Made by a program: the position numbers and the translations under genes. From assembly GCA_021819135.1 (NCBI GenBank), contig JAKASE010000001.1, positions 75,375 to 139,374 on the forward strand: a stretch of DNA of 64,000 bases, in the 5' to 3' direction. This DNA comes from Thermoplasmata archaeon (GTDB taxonomy: Archaea > Thermoplasmatota > Thermoplasmata > Lutacidiplasmatales > UBA184). Of this stretch, positions 51,068 to 60,737 are shown piece after piece. How positions within the stretch are numbered: position 1 is the stretch's first letter; every line of letters begins with the position of its first letter. The notes under the pieces were generated by a model that saw only the letters and a program-made list of their open reading frames with translations, ran no database searches and had not been told where the DNA came from.

Positions 51068-51697
51068 ATGGGGCCGACGGAGGATTCGGATGCTCGGGAG
51101 TTTGATGTCGGCACTTTGAATGAGCAATCAAACAGGGCAAAGAAGGCCAAGCTCAAGGTGCTCGTGGGAGGAGCGGTGTTCATTGTCGCGTTCGGGCTAT
51201 TCTTCCTAGCAACTGATTGGACTTCTGCGATTGGTGGTACTCTTTCAACCGTGAGGCTCGCCACGCTTCTCATAGTCTTCATAATCGTTGGATTAGTCCT
51301 TTCGGCGATCATCCCGGGGATCGCGTTGACCCGGGGTGGTGCAAACCATGTTCGGATCGACGATGCCGGGGTGGAGTTCAACACCCTTTCTGGTAGAGAC
51401 ATGCAGATTACTTGGTCCGACCCGCGCTTATCAATGAAACTACTCGACTTCAGCCAAATTCCCCATAGGAGTGAGCTGACCGGCATTCGGCATGTGATTC
51501 GTATCGGCCGAGTCGAGACTCCTCTTTCGCCCGAGGCTTTCGACGAATTGCTTAAGCGCGCAAAACGCCACGGACTCGCGATAAGGAGTTCTCGTGCGAG
51601 CCGCTGGATATACCCTTCGGCGGTTGCCCCCATCGTGTACCGAGTGAGCGGCCGCTCAGGCTTTACCGTCCATTGGCACCAAGGAGGTGGGACCTGA
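51068..51697 (+). CDS. hypothetical membrane protein (lower-GC cargo)
   Basis: ATG 4 nt after giant ORF stop; two TM helices; GC ~52%. Confidence 0.4.
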   Translation: MGPTEDSDAREFDVGTLNEQSNRAKKAKLKVLVGGAVFIVAFGLFFLATDWTSAIGGTLSTVRLATLLIVFIIVGLVLSAIIPGIALTRGGANHVRIDDAGVEFNTLSGRDMQITWSDPRLSMKLLDFSQIPHRSELTGIRHVIRIGRVETPLSPEAFDELLKRAKRHGLAIRSSRASRWIYPSAVAPIVYRVSGRSGFTVHWHQGGGT

Positions 51698-51807
51698 TTC
51701 AGCCTTTCGAGCGCACCCCGACGGGCTTTGCCGTCGCGCGATTTGTGGAACGTGAGGGCCCGGTTTGGTCACGGGGCTCACGCGTAATGGTACGCGCGCT
51801 CACGTTC

Positions 51808-52802
51808 CTATGGAAGACTATCGAGCGTTGTACCGATAAGTCTGAGTCCTGCCTCTCCCTCGAAATCCCGAAACTTGGGTCGCGGCCGTATTCCGGTCGT
51901 CGAGGGGTTGGCCAGTCGAATCGATCGCTTCCCGACGTTTTTTCCCGACTTGTTTCGATGCGCCCACTCGTCGAGCTTGAGTGAGGGGAGCGCCCACCAG
52001 GTTCCCGCGGCTTCCGAGTAGAACATGAAGAGGTAGTTGGGACGAGGATTGCGCAACTCGAAAGCACTGAAGAAGGCTGCATCGCGCGGGGCCACGTCCT
52101 TTGAGCGCGCCTTGACCTGCACGTCCAGATACTTTGGGTGACCGCTGGGGTCCTCCCGTCTTATCACGCAATCAATCCCCTGGTCGTCCACCAATGTCAG
52201 ATAGACGTCGAAGCCGCGCCTTAGAAGCTCGGAAATCGCGACGAACTCCTGGCGCTTGCCGAACGAACCGGAACTTCGGAAAGTCCCTCTCACTTTCGAG
52301 CTATCGTCACGGTCGTCATAAGGAGCCCTCTGGCAACACCCCACATACCACCGAATCGCTGCGTCTGGGACTGGTGCGGCGGCCCTGGAGCACGCATCGC
52401 GAAACGGGTTCGCATGGGAATGTGAGCTCTCCCTTAGCCCGTCGTCTTCTTGGTGGGGTTCCCGAGTATGTTCAACATGTAGAGCCACCACTCCGATTGT
52501 GTGTTCTCCTCGAGTCGCTTGGCGGCCCAGACTGTATCGGTCGAGTGAATCGAGTAGAAGATGTTGAATCCGTTGTCCCTCAGATTCTCGAGAGCTTTCC
52601 AGGTGTTCGCTTCCCCTCGTCCATGGGAGTAGAGCCGGTACCGCACGTCTCCGGTGTGACCCACGTAGAGGGTGTGTTTATCACCTCGTCCCCTCGAGGC
52701 CGCGATGACGTAAGCGGCGGGTCCCTCGAACGGAATCTGACTTGGCTTTAGAGGCGAGCCGTCCGAATTGTACAGGGGTGCCCAATCTGACCAACGCCCC
52801 AT
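51808..52802 (-). pseudogene. GIY-YIG nuclease domain (52802->52434) followed, with a frame change, by Hjc-like PD-(D/E)XK nuclease domain (52491->51808)
   Basis: GIY-YIG: AAYVIAA...LYVGHTGDVRYRLYSH; PD-(D/E)XK: GKRQEFVAISELLRRGFDV...DDQGIDCVIR...YLDVQVKA; 58-nt out-of-frame overlap. Confidence 0.5.
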
Positions 52803-52920
52803 GATGCCCGGGACTGCCCCTCAGTATGAAAGTCTGACTCGGACCCAAGTTCGACAAGGGTACGCGCGCCGCCACCGCCGACCGGTCGGGGTGAGGGCAC
52901 CCCCTGATTGTTATCCTATA

Positions 52921-54654
52921 CTCCGTCAGTCCAGCCCTCGAGGACCCGCGTCGAACAGTAACCCCGCCACGCCGATGGCTCCGAGGAGGGACCGCTGTTC
53001 CTTCGTCATCTCCGTCACGAGCCGGCGACGCCAGCCCGTCTTGGCGAGCTCGACCTCGTTCAGCATGATGGTGCGGAACTGGTCCAGGGCCTTCGCTCCC
53101 GTGAGCTCGTAATCGCGCATTCGGACGTGCAGTTCGACCACCCGCTCGAGGAGATAGGCGAGCACGCAGAGGAAGAGGTGGGCTTCGATCCGTCGCTCGA
53201 GGCGGTGGCGGATTGGGCGGACCTCCAGTCCGCTCTTCAGCTCCCGCCATCCCTGTTCGATGATCGAGAGCCCCATGTAGAGACGGGCGACCTCCTCGGG
53301 GGGAAGATCGGTGTCGGTGGTCAGTACCCACCAACCGGCCAGCCTCCGATCGCGTCGACGGCCTTCCTTGAGCTTCGCCGTCAATCCACGGACCGTCGCC
53401 TCGTCCCACTCGATCTCGAACAGGTCGGAGAGACCCTTTGCCGCCAGAGCGGCGTGGGCCTGTCGAAGGATCGTGTGATGGTGCCGAGGCCGCTTCGCCC
53501 AGGCACGGCGAAGCTGGTAGAGGATCGCCTCGCCCTGGGCGATCCTACGCCCGAGGTTCTCGAGCTCGGTCTTCCGTCGCTCCTCGTTCAAGAGGACGAT
53601 GAACCGTCGTCCCTCTCGGTCGATGACCTCACGGACCTGGTTCTGCTCGCTGACGGCCACTGGCGGGAGTTTCTGGGCCTGGAGGATGATCTCCTCCACG
53701 TTCCGATTGACCTCGGCGAGCACGTAGTGGAATCCGTGGGCGTGGAGGTCCGCGAGGACCTCCTCGCTCTTCATTCCCCGGTCGCCGACATAGGTCCCTT
53801 CCTTCAGTCCGAAGAGCCGGGTCAACCGGTCGACCATCCCGATGACCGTCGTGTTGTCGGTGGTGTTACCCGGATAGACCTGGAGGGTGATGGGGAGGCC
53901 CTCGGGCGTGACGACCATGCCCCAGCTGACCTGAGGCCGATCCGCTCGACGGTCTCTCGAGTAGCCGAACTGGGCGAGGGGACCTCCCTCGCCCTCGAAG
54001 TAGCTGGACGTGAGGTCGTGATAGAGCACTCCCGAGGATTGGCTCATTGGGCGCACGACCCGTTCGAACAGCTTCGGTTCGAACCGGTCCTTCGCTCGCC
54101 AGAAGGCATCCATCGCTCGGTAGAACAGGTTGTCGTGCAACCGCTCGGGGTCGAGGTGGAGGAAGAATGGAACGGCGGTGGTGGGCAACCACTCGAGGAG
54201 ACCATACTTCGAGGTCGGATCGTCGAGGCGGTTCAGCACGATCGCCTCGAGGAGCGCCGCGACCCGTCCCTTGTGCGGCACTCCATTAAGCGTTTCGAGG
54301 GCGAGTTGGTGGAGTCCAAGCTTCCGCCAGAGGAAGTGACCGATGGCCACTTTGCCGTAGCTCCACGACTGACGGACACTGAGCTCCGAGAGATCGGCGA
54401 TGTCCCGCGGTCGAGGAGCCAGGGGGAACCGCGGGTCGGTGGCCAGCCATCGACGGAGGTTCTCGATCTGCTCTGGAGTAACCCGACCGAAGTTGACCAG
54501 GACCTCGGTCCGGACCTTGGTTCCTTCCCGGATCCCTCGGGCCAACTGAGCGTAGGTCTGCCCCCGAGGACGAACGACCTTGATGTAGAGGCCTCGGGGC
54601 ACGCAGGGTAGAGAACTGACGAATAGATAGAAGTATCCAACGTATTCGATATGC
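52921..54654 (-). mobile_element. second IS1634-family element (different from the first); possible 11-bp imperfect direct repeat GTTATCCTA(T/C)A
   Basis: Repeat copies at 52910-52920 and 54655-54665; AT-rich 54620-54680 terminus; no clear terminal IRs found. Confidence 0.4.
52926..54602 (-). CDS. IS1634 family DDE transposase (558 aa)
   Basis: C-terminal LYMGLSIIEQGWRELKSGLEVRPIRH signature; family-typical length; GTG start. Confidence 0.85.
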   Translation of the reverse strand: MPRGLYIKVVRPRGQTYAQLARGIREGTKVRTEVLVNFGRVTPEQIENLRRWLATDPRFPLAPRPRDIADLSELSVRQSWSYGKVAIGHFLWRKLGLHQLALETLNGVPHKGRVAALLEAIVLNRLDDPTSKYGLLEWLPTTAVPFFLHLDPERLHDNLFYRAMDAFWRAKDRFEPKLFERVVRPMSQSSGVLYHDLTSSYFEGEGGPLAQFGYSRDRRADRPQVSWGMVVTPEGLPITLQVYPGNTTDNTTVIGMVDRLTRLFGLKEGTYVGDRGMKSEEVLADLHAHGFHYVLAEVNRNVEEIILQAQKLPPVAVSEQNQVREVIDREGRRFIVLLNEERRKTELENLGRRIAQGEAILYQLRRAWAKRPRHHHTILRQAHAALAAKGLSDLFEIEWDEATVRGLTAKLKEGRRRDRRLAGWWVLTTDTDLPPEEVARLYMGLSIIEQGWRELKSGLEVRPIRHRLERRIEAHLFLCVLAYLLERVVELHVRMRDYELTGAKALDQFRTIMLNEVELAKTGWRRRLVTEMTKEQRSLLGAIGVAGLLFDAGPRGLD

Positions 54655-54768
54655 GTTATCCTACAAAATCCAAGTCCTCAGTCGAGAACCCGATCAGTTT
54701 GTCGAAGGTGGGCTCGGAGCGATCGCCCTCGACTTGACCCTGCCTTTCGCGGATACTGTGGGTTGCTC

Positions 54769-56049
54769 TCAAGCAGGTATCGGCCGAAGGGCGCGCATGG
54801 CCGCCCGCACCCAGTCTGCAGGCGTGAACCGGATTCCGGTGGTCCGTCCGAGAAACCCTCTCTCGCGCTGGTAGGTGAGACGGGCGACGCACTCATACGG
54901 GTTGCCGTCGACATCGGAGACGAGGGCGGTCACGGTGAACTGCTCCTGATCCTCGAAACCCCCCACGTCGCCCAGATCAAACGACCGGGGAGTGTTGGCC
55001 CGGATCCCCGGTTCGGCGAACTCCGACATGGTGCCTCGCCCCGTCGTGACCCGCACACGTAGGCCCACGGCGTCCATTCCAGCGTTGAACACGTCGACGT
55101 AGAGATGGTGGAACAGGACGCCCTGCCCCCTCATCTGAATCCGGATGTCGGGCCGCACTCGTTCGATGCGGTCGAGGGCCGCTCGCCGCTCCGCTGCGAC
55201 CCGGGCGGTTTCCCGATCAGCTGCCTGCTGGAGGGCTTGCCTCTGCAGCTCGGCAGCCTGCTCCGCAGCAGCCCGGGCTTCGCTCGCGATTCGGGCTTGG
55301 GTCTGGATAGCGTCGGCGACGTTCTGCAGCTTGACCGCGATCCCGGCCAGGCCCTCCGACATTGCGAGGCTCTGCGCCTCGATCTTCGCCACGAGCCTGT
55401 CGGTCTGGGATGCGAAGGTCCCGACGAGTCTCTCCGTCTCAGCGAGTCTCGCGGCGGTCCCGATTCTCGAGGTCTCCTCGAGACGGTCGATGAGCCGATC
55501 GCCGTCGGTGCGGAAAGTCATTGAGTTGTACCGCGCGAATACGGCGAGCAGAGCGAGCGTGAGCACGAGGACCGCCAGTTCGACGAAGGGCACGTCGGCC
55601 TGTGGGACGACGGAGGCGAGCCCGGCCCAGAGGAAGCCCAACAGACCCGTCGCGGCGATTCCAATCGCTAAGAGCCCCCACGCAATCGTTCGGGCCCTCC
55701 AGAACTCGTGTCTAGCCACGTGGTCGAAAGTGCGGCCATCCGGCCGCAAGGCGTCCTTCTCGGACTGGCTCCGCAGAACCGCAACGGCCCAGAGGACCAG
55801 GGCAATCGAGCCGCCAAGGAGCGACGCGACTACCTCGTTGGTTCCGAAGCCCTCTGGATCGAACTCCCGGCCTAGGGCCAGCGCGACAGCGAGTCCGGAC
55901 CACCATACCACAGGAGGTAGGACGAACCACAGGTCGGTTGATCGCCCGATCGAGCCCGGCCTGAGCAGGTAGGTCCGCTTGGTCGCCACCGGCGGTGACC
56001 GGGGCGGCCCAACGGGCTCGGCGCCCTGGGATGAGTCGCTCGGAGTCAC
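54769..56049 (-). CDS. hypothetical membrane protein: 4 TM helices + long coiled coil + C-terminal beta-rich domain
   Basis: 426 aa, GTG start; Q/A/E-rich heptad region (AQSLAMSEGLAGIAVKLQNVADAIQTQARIASEARAAAEQAAELQRQALQQAAD). Confidence 0.5.
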   Translation of the reverse strand: MTPSDSSQGAEPVGPPRSPPVATKRTYLLRPGSIGRSTDLWFVLPPVVWWSGLAVALALGREFDPEGFGTNEVVASLLGGSIALVLWAVAVLRSQSEKDALRPDGRTFDHVARHEFWRARTIAWGLLAIGIAATGLLGFLWAGLASVVPQADVPFVELAVLVLTLALLAVFARYNSMTFRTDGDRLIDRLEETSRIGTAARLAETERLVGTFASQTDRLVAKIEAQSLAMSEGLAGIAVKLQNVADAIQTQARIASEARAAAEQAAELQRQALQQAADRETARVAAERRAALDRIERVRPDIRIQMRGQGVLFHHLYVDVFNAGMDAVGLRVRVTTGRGTMSEFAEPGIRANTPRSFDLGDVGGFEDQEQFTVTALVSDVDGNPYECVARLTYQRERGFLGRTTGIRFTPADWVRAAMRALRPIPA

Positions 56050-56245
56050 CGGCCCCCCGGCCCTGTCACGACCGGGTGAGGCCTCCGGCGATTAAACTTG
56101 GCCGCCACGTGCGAGCATAGCGAGACCCAGAACGCGTCACCCTGACGACGGACGCACCTCTTGTACGGCAGTCCTTGCCCATTCCGGAGCAGCTGGCGGC
56201 TTTCTGGCTCGTTTCGAGGAACGGGTTCGCATGTGTTCCAGCCGG

Positions 56246-56632
56246 TTACCTTCGCTGCGGGTTCTTGGCAAGGTGGGCGTGGACCAGCGTCCCGTCGTCC
56301 TTGCGATAGGTCTCGACCCGATGCTCGGTCCCACGGTCTCGGCGCACGTCCTCTTCCCCGCGGTCCTCGACCTCCCATCGGCGGAGCCAGTCCAGATCGT
56401 CACCAGCGGTCCGGTGCAGGCCGGGGTTGTGCTCGCGCCCCGCTACGTTCTGCATGAACAGAAGGCGGTCGACCGTCGTCTTCCAACCGTCCTCCCGCAC
56501 GGACCGCTCGAGCGCACGGTGCCGCGCCTCGGCGCTCTCGTGTTCCTTCCAACCCAGTCGCTCCAAGGCACCGCGATGGAGCTCGACGTCCCTCGCCCAC
56601 TTCCTTTCGCTGCTTTCAGCCATACTGTTCAC
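56246..56632 (-). CDS. hypothetical cytoplasmic protein coupled to PrsW-like protease (first ATG at 56623)
   Basis: GTG 56632 abuts PrsW stop; charged 125-aa protein, no family recognised. Confidence 0.4.
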   Translation of the reverse strand: MNSMAESSERKWARDVELHRGALERLGWKEHESAEARHRALERSVREDGWKTTVDRLLFMQNVAGREHNPGLHRTAGDDLDWLRRWEVEDRGEEDVRRDRGTEHRVETYRKDDGTLVHAHLAKNPQRR

Positions 56633-57295
56633 CTATCCCAGGCTTACTCTCCCCGTCCAGGCGTGCAGCCAGGTCGCGTTGTCCAGATCGTCTCGCACGA
56701 CCGGACTGCGCCGGAGCAGGAGCATGATCCCGAGGACAGCCAGGCCCGCGGCGGCCAGCAACAGCAGCCCGGCCAGCGGGTCCACGAGGACATAAACCAG
56801 GGTCGCGAAGTTCCACGACATGTGGAGGGCCAGCCCGGCCGGGAAGCCCCACGGCCTGCCCCGCCAGGTCAGCGTGGTCAGGGTCGTGGCCGTCGAGTGC
56901 AGCAGGGGGTCGGTGGCCGCCCGGATCGCGATGAGCAACGCCAGCTCCCCAAGTGGGCCGCCCCAGGCCGACCAGAAGTAGAGGGCATTCTCGGTCGCAG
57001 CGAAGCCGATCCCGACGCCGGCGGCGGACGCGAAGTTCGCCCCCAGGGAGCCGCTGGCGAGGAACTTCAGGACCTCCTCGGTCAGTGGCCCGATGAGCAC
57101 CAGGGTCACGGTGGCCGCGATCAACGGGGAGACCGCGTCCTCGGCCAGCAGTTCGATGAAGAGGGCGGCGATCGCGACGGCCGTCGCCCCGAGAGCGATC
57201 CCCCAGTAGTTCGGCCGCAGCCACGCGACGAACGGCGCGACCAGGACGTACGCCGTCAAGAAGGCGTAAACCCAAGGCGTCAACTCCGAGAGCAT
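56633..57295 (-). CDS. PrsW-family intramembrane metalloprotease
   Basis: EExxK (LTEEVLKF), FxxxEN (FAATENALY), HxxxN (LHMSWN) motifs in polytopic membrane protein; ATG 57295. Confidence 0.7.
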   Translation of the reverse strand: MLSELTPWVYAFLTAYVLVAPFVAWLRPNYWGIALGATAVAIAALFIELLAEDAVSPLIAATVTLVLIGPLTEEVLKFLASGSLGANFASAAGVGIGFAATENALYFWSAWGGPLGELALLIAIRAATDPLLHSTATTLTTLTWRGRPWGFPAGLALHMSWNFATLVYVLVDPLAGLLLLAAAGLAVLGIMLLLRRSPVVRDDLDNATWLHAWTGRVSLG

Positions 57296-57449
57296 CACGG
57301 ACTCCCCACCAGGGGGCGTGGGCCCACCCGGATTCCGTGCGAGAACGGCCCCAGACCGTGCGTCGGGGCCGCTTTCGGGGCAGTGGATGGGCACCTACTA
57401 CCGCGATACAGTCCCACTTGGGTGGGGAATGGGTCAGGCGATGGTCCGG

Positions 57450-57809
57450 TCATGCCGTCGACCCGGGGTCGACCCCGGCCCCTTCCCCCTCGCGCGCATG
57501 TAGTGCTCGCGCGCCGGAAGCGTCAAGCGTCAAGCGCTCGGCGGTTTGGAGCCTCTTTCGGATGGATGCGATCAGGTTGGTCGTCACCCCGCGCTTGGCC
57601 TGGATCTGCCTGTAGGTCAGGCCTGCGAGCACGTCGGATTCGACCGCCTCTTGAACGGCGAGCTCCGCGGCGTCCGTCTCGGTCCGAAGCTCTCGAAGCC
57701 GCTCCCGGGCCGGTTTCCCGCGGGCCAAATACGCGAGCGTAGCCTTTGCCACGGCCTCGACGTCCCCCGCAAACTCCGGTCCCGTGAATTGCGCTTCCAT
57801 GTCCTGCAC
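57450..57809 (-). CDS. small HTH protein (sigma-70 region-4-like / LuxR-type helix-turn-helix)
   Basis: LAGLTYRQIQAKRGVTTNLIASIRKRLQ resembles LT.REIA..LG.S..TV; GTG start 57809 or ATG 57800. Confidence 0.5.
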   Translation of the reverse strand: MQDMEAQFTGPEFAGDVEAVAKATLAYLARGKPARERLRELRTETDAAELAVQEAVESDVLAGLTYRQIQAKRGVTTNLIASIRKRLQTAERLTLDASGARALHAREGEGAGVDPGSTA

Positions 57810-57917
57810 GTCGACCTCGATCTTGGACCCCGAAGTCCGAGCGTGAGGTACGGTAGGTCGGTCTCGGGAAGGGGGCCCAGGGCCCCGCGGCGATTGCCTT
57901 TTGGAGCCATCAGGTCT

Positions 57918-59600
57918 GAGTCTCCGACGGGGGAGTGATCCGCGTCTCCTCAGGCGCGCGGGAGGGTACCGCCCGGAGTTGCTCGTTGCTGGTAGCGACG
58001 AGCGAGGAGCCTCCCCTCGGATCGCAATCTGCTTCTTCTCCGACGGGGGAGGTACCGCCCTGAGGAACGAACAGCCGGCAGCGCCGGTTCACGCGACTCT
58101 GGACGTAAGATGATGTGCCGTTACGAAGCCAGACACGTTCCCGTGCGCGCGGAGCTCGCGTCCCAATGGCGGTGGCGTGAGCGTGTACGCCGATTCCTTC
58201 GCGCTCATGCTCGCGCCGTTCACGGACCCCGAACCCTAGCTGTGTCGCGCACGTGACGACTGGGGGAACCACGGTTACCGGACACCCGGACACTGGGTCT
58301 CTTCCGGTCGAGCGACCTCTCCTTGGGTGCGCCTTCGGGGCCGGGATCTCACCCTGCACCATGCACCCTTACACCGGGTCCCTTTCCCCCGAGCGAGCTC
58401 TCCGCGCTTGCGCGTTCGAGCCGGCACATCTTTCGGGATGCTGTCGGATCGATAGACGCTACCCGTTACTTGCTGCTGGCGCGCGCGTACCACACACACG
58501 CGAGGGAGGAACGGGTAGCTCGTCCGGACGAGCGGGACGAGAAGGGCGAGACGAGTCATTCCCTCGCGAGCACTTGCTCACACCGAGCACCGCTTGAGGT
58601 GTCGGCTCAGGTGGTCGAGGGGGAGAACGCTCCCTCGACCGTGGGGCACGGACACGGTCTGAACCCGACGGGGACCCTTGTCAGTTGACGGTTGAGGGTT
58701 CCGGCGCGCACGAACCACGCGCGGGTGAGGGGTACACGGTGGGCACTCGTCCGGGCGAGCCGGTGGGGACGCATGAGCGTCCCTTTGGAGGGGAGCGGGC
58801 CGATCGCGAATCTTGCCCCTTGCCCTGGGTCGGCTTCCTCCGAGCGAGCTCTCCACGCGACGCGCGTTCCGAGTTGACGTCCGCCGGACGCCAGGAGGAG
58901 GCGCGACGTTCGCAGTCACCGCAAGCGCGGGGAGGAGGGAGCGAACCATGCCCCCGCAAGCCCCTCGGAGCCCATGGATCGATGGTCAAAGTTCAACGTC
59001 GAGCGCGCGAGCACTACGCGCACGGGAGAAGAAGACCCGGGCGAGCCGGACGAGGACGAGTCACTCGGCCGGACGGGCAGCGAGTCTGATGCTGGCGTCC
59101 ACAAGGTCACAAGGGGGTCTCCATCCCCCGAGCGAGCTCTCCGCGCGACGCGAGTCCGGAGCGCCCTCGTCGGCCTCTTGGTTCGATGGGTGCCGCACGT
59201 CGGGAGGCGGCCCAATACGAGCGAGTACCCCGACTACGCGAGGAAGGCTCCTCCGAAAGACGTGAGAACATCCCTTGAGGACGAGTGGTTCCCAATTCCC
59301 ACATCCCGAGCCCCGGCGCGCGAGCACCACGCGCGGGGAAGGAGAAGGCGGATGGCACCGGGTCGGACGGGTTACTCGTCCGGACGAGTCGGCCGCTCGG
59401 ACGGGCTCACCGATCCCGCGCATCGTTTGACGTGGCGGGAGAGGTTGTCCCGGCGGACCAGGGTCCTGCATCCCCGGGGGCAGAGGATGCGATCCGAGCC
59501 GGACCAGTTCCCCAAGTGCTTGACGTTTGACGCTTCCGGAGCGTGCGAACTACGCGCGGGTGAGGGAGTAGGGGGGTTGACCGTTGACGGTTCCGGTATT
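57918..59600. repeat. GC-rich non-coding repeat cluster: 3 copies of CCGAGCGAGCTCTCC(G/A)CGCG..CGCG.GTTCGAG, 2 copies of ~50-nt TTGACG(G/T)TTGA(G/C)G(G/C)TTCCGG..GCG(C/T)GCGAAC(C/T)ACGCGCGGGTGAGG, several ACGCGCGGG/ACGCGCACGGG variants, and perfect 14-16-nt palindromes CTCGTCCGGACGAG
   Basis: Motif A at 58386-58420, 58837-58873, 59125-59160 (+ inverted partial 58143-58160); motif B at 58685-58733 and 59520-59570; palindromes 58518-58533 and 59384-59399; direct repeats TCTCCGACGGGGGAG at 57921-57935 and 58037-58051. Confidence 0.6.
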
Positions 59601-60091
59601 CGTTGCGACTTAGAGACCGACGTGCCGGAACCATCCTCGAAGTGGTGGCCGGTTCCCGGTTCCCCGGGCGGTACCTCCCCGCGCGCGGGGGACGAGACCG
59701 GGGTGGTATCGCTCCCGGACGAGCCGGACGAGTGGGACGAGCGGGACGAGCGCGGTTCGACGGGTGGCACGTTCGGCTCCTCGTGCGGATAGAGTTCGAG
59801 TGGGCCGGACCTTGGACTTGGACCCTCCGGCTCCGTGAACGCCTCCCCGCCCGGGACTTCGAGATAGACCGGACCGACGGACGACACGTGCCCCGGACTC
59901 TCTCGGTGGGTCAGGATGACCTCGGACCACAGAGGACCCCCGGTTTCCCAACCGGGATCGCGACGATGATCCTGGCCACAAAGGGCACATCGGGAGGCGG
60001 GAGCTCGGCCGATCACCTGGTCTCGGCAGTTGGAACAGACGAGTGGATCGCTGCCGCGGACACGCGGTCCGTCGTGGGTACAGGCCGTCAC
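59372..60091 (-). CDS. possible zinc-finger protein: N-terminal zinc ribbon (CSNC...CALCG), S/P-rich low-complexity middle, C-terminal C2HC finger (CPRGC...H...C)
   Basis: 239-aa ORF with ATG; mixed codon usage; 3' half overlaps repeat region so may be partly spurious. Confidence 0.3.
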   Translation of the reverse strand: MTACTHDGPRVRGSDPLVCSNCRDQVIGRAPASRCALCGQDHRRDPGWETGGPLWSEVILTHRESPGHVSSVGPVYLEVPGGEAFTEPEGPSPRSGPLELYPHEEPNVPPVEPRSSRSSHSSGSSGSDTTPVSSPARGEVPPGEPGTGHHFEDGSGTSVSKSQRIPEPSTVNPPTPSPARSSHAPEASNVKHLGNWSGSDRILCPRGCRTLVRRDNLSRHVKRCAGSVSPSERPTRPDE

Positions 60092-60275
60092 GGCTCAACT
60101 CGAACGGCGCAATCCCGGTGTTCGGACGATTGGGGCTCTCCACTCGGGGGGAATGGTGGTACCACTTTGCCGAAGCGCCGACGGGCGGCCTCTACCGGGT
60201 TGCTCCGGATAGGCCGTTTGTTCCGACTGCGGATCCTGCGGTAATCCACAGCCCGAACGAAGCCCGGCGACCCGT

Positions 60276-60737
60276 TCATGCGGTCTCACCCCCGAATGAA
60301 CGCGTTACCGGCCCTCGGGCGGTCCCGGACGGGTCGGAAGGGGTCTCGGGGGCGGTACGTGTCCGGACGCTGGAGTCCGGGCCGCTTCTCGCGTGATTTC
60401 GGCGCCGACGCAGGAGCCGCGCCTTCGCCTCCTCGCTCATGGGCCGCCCGGGGCGGTACTGCGGGTTCTCGAAGGCGAAGTAGGTGTCGAACTCGGGCTC
60501 GGCATGGCGGACCAGGTACGCCTCGTCCCAGGACTTGGTCCGACAGGAGAAGAACCACCCGGTACCGCCATCGGAGCAACCCGCCCCGCGGTGATCGATG
60601 AACTCGTACCGACGGACCCCGTGCCGGCCGGTCTCATGTGCCAGGGTCGCCGCCGGGATGTCCTCGGTCCGGCGGCTCTCCTTTCGGTCGGCTTTTCCGC
60701 TCTCGCCCGGGCGCGGGTGGTAGGCGAGGGCGGTCAT
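60276..60737 (-). CDS. hypothetical protein (153 aa), coupled to upstream ORF
   Basis: ATG 60737 overlaps upstream stop (ATGA); conserved-looking core WFFSCRTKSWDEAYLVRHAEPEFDTYFAFE. Confidence 0.4.
   Translation of the reverse strand: MTALAYHPRPGESGKADRKESRRTEDIPAATLAHETGRHGVRRYEFIDHRGAGCSDGGTGWFFSCRTKSWDEAYLVRHAEPEFDTYFAFENPQYRPGRPMSEEAKARLLRRRRNHARSGPDSSVRTRTAPETPSDPSGTARGPVTRSFGGETA

Noticed and set aside
54669-54688. Possible attR (TCCAAGTCCTCAGTCGAG vs tRNA-Thr 3' end TTCAAGTCCCTCCAGTGG)
   Set aside because: Only ~14/17 positions match and there are indels. The site sits at an IS1634 terminus. It is too weak to call without a computational alignment.
57918-59600. CRISPR array hypothesis for the repeat cluster
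   Set aside because: The repeats are imperfect, they fall into at least two families, the spacing is irregular (90-450 nt), and no cas genes are nearby.
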